Below the pieces are notes generated by a model. That model did not search any database and was not told where the DNA came from. It worked only from the letters and a program-made list of their open reading frames with translations. This document shows, piece after piece, positions 27,650 to 39,404 of a stretch of DNA of 64,000 nucleotides. Both the position numbers and the translations under genes were made by a program. The stretch's first letter is position 1. Every line of letters begins with the position of its first letter. This DNA comes from Tubulanus polymorphus (lineage: Eukaryota > Animalia > Nemertea). The stretch is from the NCBI RefSeq assembly GCF_964204645.1, contig NC_134026.1, positions 1,449,950 through 1,513,949 on the forward strand, given 5' to 3'.

Positions 27650-27657
27650 TTTTATAC
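27650..27657 (-). promoter_or_regulatory. TATA box of the astacin gene
   Basis: Minus-strand TATAAAA about 50 bp upstream of the ATG at 27603. Confidence 0.5.
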
Positions 27658-28837
27658 GCGCCGATACATATTTTCTTATCGGATAGATGACATTTTATTT
27701 TGATGAATGTAAAATTACCTTTCAGTCAACAACGATCAGCTGAGATTTCTCACGCAAACGAATTTATCATTTATTTGAAAATGAAGTCCCTCTGAAGTAT
27801 GATTGCTGGCCTTCGCTACCACCTTATCTTATTTTAGTTTATTTACTTTTTCCTATTTTTGTTTTTGGTTAAATCCATAGAAGTTTTTTTTTCAAATGTA
27901 TATGTTGGTTCATTAAATGAGCTGTTAGTCAATTTCTGGTTAAAAGAAACCGATCGCTGAAATAAAATTGTCATTAAATACGTTATCGCTGTAATGATAA
28001 GATTTTAAAAAAACATAATGCCATAAACGACAGTTGTCTGCACGAATTCAGTTAATTTTGTCCTATACGGCGAATTTATCAGTCGAAATGTATTTTTACG
28101 AAATAGTTCCGGTCGTAACTCAAATGAATGCAAAAATCTCTACATTTTAGTGATTTATTCTATAGCAGAAGATAGCAGCACTATAATCATATACAGCTTT
28201 TCTTCGGTATTTGTTCGGTGGAATCTTATCCTGGGAGACGAACTGAATCCAGAAGTTCATAAACAATTTATAACTTACAACGCTGTTGAAATACGATTAG
28301 TTATTTGTGTTTGTGTTATTCTCCGTCATCGTATATACTGGGTATACATCGTTATGTCGTCAGATAGATCTAATGAGACAATGCTACAAAAAAACCCGAT
28401 CTAATTACGACTTGAATAACCACTGCCGTATTAGACCATGGACTCGATGTTTTAGAGTCCGCGATGAGACCAATGTTCATATATTCCTCCATTGGTGTAT
28501 TTGAAAATGAAGATTGATGTGATCAGAAGACAAATGTATCATCACTATTATATCTAATTTATTGGTTTAAACAAATCATATACAGGAGAATACTGGACAT
28601 AAGTTTCCACAATTTTGGTCAGTTTCGGCGTAATCACGATTAGTTCATTTTCAATTATCTGACTGGAATTTAAACAATAAATGCGGAACTTTATTGGCCC
28701 TTTTAGTTTGCTACATATTGGAAAAACAACGGTTTGTATACGACATAATATCTATGTATTCATATCTATGAACGAAACCTAAAGGTATCATACACTCATG
28801 ATATATAAGTATATATCTTTACTGTTCAATGATTGAG

Positions 28838-31800
28838 TCACCATAGACTACACTTGTGTTCAGGATTCATTGGACTTCCGACCTTGCATTTGAAGACCGA
28901 TGCAAATTCTTCGTTATTCATCACCATGCTGTATATCCTACAAAACAAAACTAGCAAGTTGTGCAGAGTTCAGAGGCGCCAACCTTGCAGTGATGCACCA
29001 TGCATTTAAATACCTTGTTATTGGATGACCATGAGCCCGTTTCGTTATTCTAGAAGTGCCGACCGATGTAGCCTTCCCACAGTATATCTAGAGGGTAGAT
29101 ATGTAAATTGGGAATAAATATTTGAACATTGAACTTCTATTTGGAAAACAAGAAAACTATTTCATGTAATGAAAGGTGGTTTGTGTGTATTTCTGGTATT
29201 AGCCGGCTTTAAAACTGCATGATTCTTTTTAAGAAATTCAAAGCCCACTTGAAAATCATCGGTAAAATGGCGATTCTTGTAATCTTAAATTTTGAAGTAT
29301 GCTTCTTTCCTTTTTTGCTGGCTTTTTCTATGTGCTACGTAGAATCTGAATTAGAAATATATTTAATACACCTGAGCCATCGATATAAAGTTTAGTCGAT
29401 CCTGAGTCATTGAACTCTCGAATCCTGGTAACATCGGCTCCTTTTTTCCAGCGTTTGTTTCTGTCAGCCATTTCACGTACGCCTAGCGATAGAAATAAAC
29501 TATCAACATTTATGTTATATGATGTTTTATGTTTTATTGTTAATATCATGGTCTAACTGAATATAAATTTGATATATGTAAGGTTGCAGTGTATATACCG
29601 TTCTAGTAGCATGTACTCCACCAGAATCCGCGATCGTCTCTCCCAGTGTACGAGTTCCATTCACCTAAAACATTTAATTTTATGTTCAAAGCATCGAATA
29701 TCGTAGTGAAATTGAAGTTTTCATGTCAGAAAATTGTCGTGTGGAACAGAAAAATTGAGAATCGTCTAATTCATTGTAAGCTTGTTCTGCGTAGTCTGCA
29801 ATATGTTTTATATTTCTTCAAACATTTAGTCTACACCTTCAGCACATTATTTCCATTTTCATTCGAGACAATTCTACAAGGTAGAAGTAATAACAAGTGG
29901 TTGTTGTTGGACTTACGGGTAAACGTTTTGATTTGTCGGCTGGATTTGGCACGTCGAATCTATCATACTGATCGACGAAGCATCGCGCTTTCTTGTCGAA
30001 CGCGGTCGATGACTCGTTCGTCCACCACATTTTTCTGGCTCCGGTGTTTCCAAAATAACGTCCTAAAAATGAGATTTTGAATTGAAGTTCAATTACAGAA
30101 TTATGTTTCCTAGAATAAATCCAAATAAACTATAACTACCTTGCTCGTCAAAACCGTGGGTAATTTCGTGCCCGATAGACAGTCCAATTGAACCATAAGT
30201 AATGTAACTAAAAATTCATGGAAAATAAACGTTTTTATATACATCGTCTGTACAAAGTACAGGGTCACGTGATTCATAACAGGGCTGTTGTTTTACTTGG
30301 GTAAGTTCTCGGAGAAGAATGGTGCGTCCAAAAGTCCACTGTAAATATCTGAGTAGAAATTAGAAAAATGGAATAATTTCACTGATGAATTCGATATGTC
30401 TGCATCTTTAATGAAACCATCGAAAACAAACTTACGAAACTCGTTGGTTACTGCTAAATAAGCCGCGTTAGCACTGTATATAGGCAGCGGCCATCTGAAA
30501 TGAAATAAAACGCCATCTTTTATGCAAGCATTTATTCGCCAGGCTTATTTTGGATCGTTTCTAGGCACTTACTTCAAACTGTTAGATTTGACTATCAGCG
30601 AAAAAGATCGACGTTGCATAGCGTTAGTTGCGGTGATGACGTTTGTATAGAAATGCGTGAACTTTAGATTGACCTAAGAAAGAAGTTTTAGAAATATGTA
30701 TCAATCCACACGCCACGACTGGCTTCAGTTGCGTGAGATAGCGGGTCTAGATACGCGGTGGTTTAATATTGTTCTTAATCATTTTTCAATTCGAATCAAA
30801 TAAAAGATCGTAACTTTTTGACCTTGTTATATATATCTGCGACACGCGTTGCATTCAGGAGATCGTCGGGGTAAGCTGCATAAGTTCCCATCGTAGAAAG
30901 TTTACTTGATGCAATATTCCGCGTTTGTTCGTCTATCCACCTCAGTTTTAGTAGGTTTTCTCCAAAACCGTTGCGTATTCGAATAATGAGATCATCTAGC
31001 TGAAACAAACATTCAACATATACTACACTTCATCAATTCGACAAAAACATCGTTTTCTTAGAAATCTAAATGTCAATTGAAGGCTTACAAATTCATCAAT
31101 GAAGTTCATGGATACGGTGTTAAACACATAGAGTTGTTCATTCAATAACACACGAGATATACTTCCCTTATTAAAACTTTTTTCAAGTAAAATAGAAATT
31201 TTCCTACCTGTCTCTTCACTTGCACCTTGTTTTTCAATTGTTTTTTCACGTACAAAGCGGACGCACCTGAACTAAATAAAGTTCGTGTTTTTTCGACACA
31301 AAATTCCCAGAGTTCTTTTGTGGACGGAAACTACAGAAACGGTAAATAAATCTATCTTAGAACAAAAGTCAAGGACGTTACAAGAATCCGTGTTATTTTA
31401 TCGGTAAAAAATCGGTCTTTTTATCGGAAGTGTAAATATGTGATATGTATCTGCATAAGATGATTAGATGCCGCAAATATTAATTAGCTTACCAGTTTTC
31501 TATACAGTTCAATAGCGTCTGAATGAAGATATGGTAGACTACCAATTAGATAACTAGTCACTAAATAGTTGTACACAACACTAATAAAAAGAATTAATTC
31601 AGTAAATAAATCAACTATTTTTAACGGAGCAGCGATTAAACATACGAAGACTTACCCCTTATCAGTCGCATTCAGCAATTTGTTGAGCTCGCGAAAGTAG
31701 CTCGGTTGAGATATTACGGTGATATTGATATTGCCCGGATACGAGGATGCGAGAATTTTTATTAGGTACTTTCTAAAATCGATCTGTGTAATCAGAAAAC

Positions 31801-34800
31801 AGCCGAAACGGGTCATGTTTTTAGATAATTCTAGAATTTTAGAAATATCGTTTAAAATGAAAGACAGATATTACCTGAGCTGATGTTATTTTAGCTATCT
31901 CTGTTAAATTCACTAGCATCTTATCGTTCATATTTGCAGTTAAACCTACAATCTTAAAAGAAAATGCGTACATCAATGACCTATTCACCTAGTAATTCAA
32001 TGGACCTTTCTCTCGATGCTTGGAGTGTGTCTGAAATGTAATTTATTAACCGAGATGACTTTTTCCCGCAGAAACACGAAGATCGTCTGCCAACAAGACC
32101 TCGGTACGGATTTTCAATCCACGTATTATCACATTTCCATCGCGCCTGATGATGAACCGTGATCTAATAATTGTGACAGAGTAGCGCTATCAACTATCTC
32201 AACCGGCAGACGATTCAATCAACGAAAACTGCGCGTATACCACAAACACGCATCATCAGTCATCGCCTGCACGATCTAAAGATGATTGAGCAATAAAACC
32301 TGACAAAAACAACCCGATACAGCCGTTAAGTCGTATACAGCTAGTTGAAAACTCACCTCGCTTAATTTACAGCTGAATCTCAGAATAGCTTCCACGTCTA
32401 TTTCGGTAAAATTGACGCCGTATTGTTTGAATAACTGCTGCAATACATCAAATTGTTTCGTGTACACCTAGATAATTAATAAACTATCAAATTAGTTTTC
32501 AATCGCAAAAATGAAGAAAAGTTCTTCATCACATCTAAGCATCTTTGTGGTGACGATTTTGCATACCCCTGATTTGACGATGGTCTCATTTACTAGTTTT
32601 ATATTTCTACCGATTCCATCCAAAATTGGGGGACGAATCTACGAAAAGGAATATAAAAGGACGTTGGAGAAATATTTGAAATATATTTTATCCAGCACTG
32701 TATAAGATTGAGATGCGTGCGGTGAGTTGCATTAACTTACCCTCAACACGTACAAACCACGACCAAAATCAGGAGTTGACTCAGTAATGAATAATGGATG
32801 GATTCCCATATTTGTGAGAATACCTAAAAATGTGCCCACATCGGCTGCTCCTAGATCGCCGTACGAACTGCTGAAGTTCATATCTCCTTTCGGGAAATAT
32901 TTTTTGGCAACTTGGTGAGCTGAAAATTTAATGCCAAACCATGTCAAGAAAAATTTTCTTTAGATAATTCTATGCCGCGCAATAGGATTTTGGGGTTACA
33001 GCATTAAGCAATTCAATAGGTACTCTATTGATCTCTGAGGTATGCAGATACGTAAAAGTTCTAGATATCAAGAGGTTAGAATATCAGCATTTACCCGAAA
33101 TAATGACAAATGTCTTCTGTACAACAGCTTTTCAATTGACGGAAATAAATAAATCAGAATCAAAACGTGTCAAGGATGTCACAAGAACCGCTCATATAAT
33201 TTCTCTTGATTAATGGCACTTCAATACATAATATCATACTCCGTTTGTTTGTCGTATATATTCATTTTTTTTTTAAATTGTATACGTCGTTTAAGTGTGT
33301 CAATACTTACAGTGATTATATTCAATTAGATCCCTAAATACTATGTTCATACAACTTGAATACAGTATTTTCATCTTCTTTACGGTAACATCGTCAGTCG
33401 CTGATGTGGGTGAGTCAAATTCATCTGATAAACAACAACATAGAATTCAACATGTAATGCTGGAATGACTTATCTGACTTAGCCCGTTAATTACCGATAC
33501 CTACGGCATTTTTCATTTAGTTAATACATGGATTAGTGAGAACTGTGGGATACGCAAGTACGAAATAAGCCAAGGACATCACGGGTTCCCGGTTCTCCCC
33601 CTCGCAGTGACTCACTAAAAATAGCTAGATCAGTCGAAATTTTTCGGGCGGCTGCTTAAAAATTCAAAAGAAACTAATTCAATCTGTTCATCGTTATTCA
33701 TCATAATGCAACTAACACGAAATTCATAGATTTCCGTGATATAGCAAAAACATCCATTTTCATTAATAATCCGGTATTGATTACGGTAATAATAGAATTC
33801 AATGCCATGATAAGCTCTTCTAATTCCGTCATTAGGGCGAAACGCCTTCTTCATTTGGATTACGACTATGTTTTCTGTACGTGTCGAATCCTTCCAGAAC
33901 CTCAACTGCGGATGTTTGTATATCGTCGCTCATTCAAGTCGAAGAAATATTTTATTTCCTCTAGAAAGGCGCGTTTCTTTGCTAACTCCAACGTCAAATA
34001 TGAATATCGGTTCAGCGGTGTTTGAATTACCGGCAGTTATTTGAATAGTGCTAAATCTACGTTTAGTAAAAACATTTTCATCCAAACTATTAGAATCGAC
34101 AATAAAGGTTTTTTTCCGTTGACGGCTTTGGTTTACGACGTGGAATAATATACACATTGCTTCCATGAGATCGATTGCGACGTCGTAGAAATGTATGGCA
34201 CCGCGTACGCATTAAATCGAGTTGAAATGGATGAGTAAATTTGATTTTAATCGAATTCGTCGACGAAGTTTCTAAACACTAACGGAAAAACCGACGACAA
34301 AAATGTCATCATAGATAAAGCATTAAAATGTTGGGCGATAAACCGCGATAGCGCCGCGAGATCAGTGATTGATCTCAAAACACACATTTTCTAATCTCCG
34401 TTTTTCGCACTGGAGAACATCGTGCGAAGAGAAAAATCACTTAGGATCAAATACTGAAAGAGATATTAATTAGGCGGTGAGCGCACAGATTCTTTATGAT
34501 GCCTCGGGGCAGTTTTGAGTAGTTCGATCCAATTCCTGGACTGTACAAATTGTATACGTATGTAGATCTAAGGCATCTTACCGCATTCTTATTTGTCCTC
34601 GGGCGCTAAAATGATATTGCCTAGGTGTCACGGGGTCACGAGTGTAACTAATATCTTTGAATTTTCAGAGATGAAACAAGAATCGATTCAGAAATCAGGT
34701 TCTGAAATCATTGAATTTCCAGAGCCTGGCATGCCTTAATCATAATTTTCATCCTTGTCGGGGATTATATGCCTACATGTTTCGGAGCCGATTACATCCT

Positions 34801-36224
34801 CTGTATTCGCGCTATTAATAATCTTTTCATTTACATTTTTCAGCAATTTATTTATTGCTCGTCGAACACAGTCGCCTATCGTCGTACTAGAGAGAAGCTC
34901 TCTTTCAGAAGCTCTCTTTTATTTGAAAAGCTATTCAGATTTAAAAGCAAACAGACAACGAAGAGTCTTAGGATCAAGTTTGAGTAGGGAACGTCGAATG
35001 GATTTCCATTTCAAAAACAAAGACAAGCGATTTGTTGAAAATATCCATCATCTAAGTCAAAATAAATCTTCCACTTATGGATTGAACGAGGAATAAAGTG
35101 AACTAACCTCTGAAGAACAGCAGAGTTTTCCGTTCGAGTATTTTCAAATTGTTTATCTCGTCACTGCCGGGTGGAATTCGGACGCGATGGTTCCAGCCAC
35201 CGCACGCGTAAGCTTCGAAATCTTCGCACGGATCAACTGATGAATTCAGTCCCTTTATTATAAGCGCTGATCTCCGCACACACTCAGCGCTGAGACACAT
35301 CTTCTAAAACAGAATATTTCAGTACCAGTCCCCCAATAAACAATTTAAACGTGGGTGCGTCATTCTTTTTATGTAGTTACTGGGGAATTGGAGGATCTAA
35401 GGTACTTATACCCCCGAACTTCAACTGCCAGCTCCTATAGGCGCATCGTGAACTAAAGACGAGGTTGAGGGATGATCTTTGTTTTAATGTACCGTACATT
35501 TACCTCCAAAAATTGGGTCATAATAAAAACTACCCTCGGCCCAAAAAGTCGTTTGAATTACGTTTACTACAACCCCACAATCAAATGACCGAAAAAATTC
35601 TTTAAATATCGACATAAACAGAATTAAATGAGAGCTGCCAATAATCGGTTGATCACTATGAGAATCAAGGAATGATGTTTACTTGTACCGCACCTCTGGA
35701 AGATCAAAATCGATCCATTAAAAATTAGGTGATTTCCCTCGAACAATTGTTAGTGATATTTACACGTAGATTATGAAGAAGAGGAATTGTACGTAAACGT
35801 TTGAAAATCTAATATTTGTCAATTATTACGCAAACCGTTTGGATGCGACCTGAATTTTTCAGCGGACAGAGTATTATGTAACTATAATTTGAATAAGCAG
35901 TAGATTTAAAAGAAGATTATTTTAAGATCAAAAACTTACCTGGCTGTTGTCAACTTGAATAACATCGAATATCAGCAGTAAAATAATAATTGTAGCTGCA
36001 AATAACATACATCCCAAAAAGAAAGGTGCGCAATAACTCGGACATCTTTTATCATTTCTTCGATTGTGTTGACGACTACAGATGCCCGTATCGGCACCCA
36101 GTTTCGTTTCGCCGTTCACTTTCGGTTCTTGTGATTGCCGTTTCTCAAGATATGCCGGATTTTCCAATCCGCACTGATCCGTATCGGTTGTCGAGACTGA
36201 CTGACGATTGTGATGATGGGACAT
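28838..36224 (-). CDS. Neprilysin/ECE-like M13 zinc metallopeptidase (type II membrane protein)
   Basis: About 21 exons. N-terminal cytoplasmic tail plus TM (35940-36224); CLSAEC...VDPCEDFEAYACGGW (35108-35303); KILYSSCMN (33311-33424); SANAAY (~30436-30494); GHEITHGFD (~30140-30207); LGETIADSGG (~29598-29664); C-terminal FKCKVGSPMNPEHKCSLW* (28838-28937). Confidence 0.92.
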
Positions 36225-39200
36225 AATGCACCGCGCAGTAGCCGCTTCACTCGCTGCTAGTTCGATATGGCTATCAGGGATGAGAGATAATTTGTCACTT
36301 AACTGGTTTCAAAACACGCAATGACAGTCTAAACATAACTCAACGATGGTCGTCGTCCCTTGTGTGGGCTTAGCCTAATTTCTCCGTCGTAATACTTAAC
36401 AACAAACAATTTTCACTAAGCAATCTAGATGAGTTGATTTACGATCGTGCGCTAAAATAAAAATCACCACCGGTACAAGAGTTCGAATGTGTTTATGAAT
36501 CATACATAGGCCACATCCCCGGTGTTTACACGCTTAGGACATGGTCTCTCTTTTTAATGCTGTAGAAAGCTTGTCTTTGAGTCTTACTAAACAGTTCGTA
36601 AATTAGGCTGCGCGACCAAGATAAACTTATAATAGCCCGCCATTTTCATTCGATGCTGTTTTGATTGGGCTAATAGAAAGCCGCTTTGTGGGCTCTTGTT
36701 GTTTTTCTAAGATATCAAGGTCTACGCTGGTGCCATGAAAAAAGGAACTAGGCACAAACAGTCGTCCATATTGAGATTTTCTATACAAAGAGTTGTATGA
36801 ATATGGTATCCCCAACGGAATGGTATCGGAACATGGCATCCCCAACATGTGCGAGTTCGCGGTTGAAATCGAAAAGTTTGTGATAAGGCAAAAGAAGATT
36901 AGGCAATTGTGCATTAGAAGCCATTGTTTTAATTGCATCTCTCGCAAGACACAACAGAATCATTACTTCAAGTTTTCATGTATTTGACAAGTGAAGAAAT
37001 CTCTTGTATCGGTATCTAGAATATGTAAAGTTGCACGAATTGAATTGTGAAGATCCATGACCGCAGCCGATGCCTGACGTAACTAACTCTTTTTCATGTT
37101 TCATCAGGCTCAACATATCAAATAGAGTTCCTATATTACTATCATCAGCGATGATGATGCACAGCAAAACAAGAAACGTCACTGGTCTTCATCAAAACGC
37201 TGCTCTCTTCACGAATATTTCAGTCGGGAATTATGAAAATTTCCTTTCATGCATGGATTGAATATTCGAGATTAGGCGCGATCCTCTCTCTTGCAGCAGA
37301 CGATATCATCCGGCGCAATAACAACAGAAAATCAAAGATAATTTCGTATATTTTACTATTTACATCATCCTTTATTTATCGCCATGTATATATTTAACTA
37401 ATATCTCCATAAATATATATATCACAAGTTGCCACAACGGACGGAGTGACGGAGTTTATTCTTCTAAAAACTACAGTAAAACACAGGACGCGTGGTCGCC
37501 ACCAAACGGCCAGCTTTTCACAGACAATGAAAATCACTATTTACACGTTCATTCTATTTAGAGCAGCAAAATACATCAAATATACAAAATTTACAAAATA
37601 ATTCAATGATATTATTGATAATAATAATAATAATATAATATTTATACATATATTAATAATAATTATCATTATATTACAATAATAATAAACTATAAAGATA
37701 GATCTCTGGACTTTTGATTCGATGAAATTTCTTTTGAATAAAAGAGACATGAAAAACATTCACAAAAAAATAAATAAAAACACACATTTTCAACAAAAAA
37801 AAAATAAATCATATCCACACACGAAATAAATACATAAACAAAAATCTTTGACGGAAGTTGGACTAGCCCTAATATCAACATTACAAATATTACTTCAAAA
37901 TGTCTAATCTTGGTCGAACAGTATCCATCTTACTAAAGATAAATCCAGCTATAGATTGATTATCCATGGTCTCTAAAACGAAAATCATTTTCACAGTTGA
38001 TAGATTAACAAAGTGTGAGAAGTGACTATAAAAGTGTTTCTATATCTAAAATCATCATTCACGTAATTAATACTACTTTAGTTAAGATAGATATTCACAT
38101 TGGTTTACATACTGCCGGTATATGACAAGAATTAATATTTAGAAAAAAAAATGTATCGGACAAATTCTGATTCGAATCACATTTGCATAGTAACAAACAC
38201 AACCAACACGGCTAAAATCAACAAACCCATTGCAATTATAGGCGCAAAATCTTACAAAAACTGCTACAAATGATAAATTATTTCTTATATTCGATATGTA
38301 ATTCAAAATAAGATGGAATGTGAAATAAAAATACATTTTACGGTTATTATATTATTGTTTATAAGTGTTAAAATTTATAATGAAAAATTTAAAACAACCA
38401 ATTGAATAAATAATGATTAACAATTAAATAATCGTAATAAAAGGAATGATGAAATAAAATTATGCTTAAAACTCACAATTAGAAATTGTGACAATAAAGC
38501 ACATTGTTTTTTTATCACCATATATTTTTAGCACTTCGTTTTTTAGATAGAAAGGAATGTTTGGAGGGATTTCTTGCAACTTGTATTGGAATGTTAATTT
38601 TATTAGAAATAAATGTTTTATGAGTTAAAAATTCTTGCGAAATGAGGAAAATCTGAAATTATTCAATATTTTAAATGCAATCATAATGACATGTGCTTGT
38701 TTTGATAAAATAAAATGTTGCGCGCTGTGCACAAGCTACAAGTAAATATGCTGCAATTACGAGCCGTACGGAATGTCACTTAAGCAAATTATCTGATGAA
38801 TTACATTAAGATCAAAAATAGGACTGGATGCAAAAAACTTCAAAATTGCGATGCCGAGTCCAAGATTTAAGACCAGTTGGTTCTCTAGTCTTCTGGTCAC
38901 AGCTAGTGCCTGGACATACCTGAATACTCTTTTCCATGTTCATCAGGCTCAACTTACTATAATACACATTTTCGAGTAAAATCTACATAAATTCTTACTG
39001 TTATCAGTGATGATGCGACGCAAGGTAAGAAACGTCATTGGTCATCAAGAAAACGCACTGCACTCATCACCAATTACAGTTGATTCCTCTTAACTCAAAT
39101 GCTTTCAAGTCATCTTTTAAACTCGATAACAAACCTTCAAACCATAATAACAGAATGTGATTTGTTATTTAGATTTGTCTAACTTCACTTATCGCCCAAC

Positions 39201-39404
39201 TCGAACAACAGTGACTGGTCACAATCGAGTCGAGTTTGGAGGAGTTTTACTGTATAAATATTTCACTCTGAAATTACGAAAAGTTTCATTTCACGCCTGA
39301 GTTTTCAGATCGTACCAGTTACAAATTCTCGCTCCAGTTCGATTGCACACTTCTTCGCGCTAACAGTCAATATTCACTGAATGTTTATACGAGGTGTCGG
39401 TATT

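Noticed and set aside
33000-33220. Apparent frameshifted neprilysin exon (NFYVS/CIPQRSIE)
   Set aside because: The true KILYSSCMN exon is at 33311-33424 and splices in phase to ~32919, so this stretch is intronic and the gene is not a pseudogene.
36627-36947. 106-aa minus-strand ORF with a signal-peptide-like start
   Set aside because: No recognisable domain or splice support, and it overlaps equally weak ORFs in other frames.
37085-39045. Hammerhead ribozyme cores (CTGATGA...GAAA; TGATGA...GAAACGTC) in the duplicated element
   Set aside because: No valid stem II lies adjacent to GAAA on either strand, and the invariant core C is missing in the + strand candidates.
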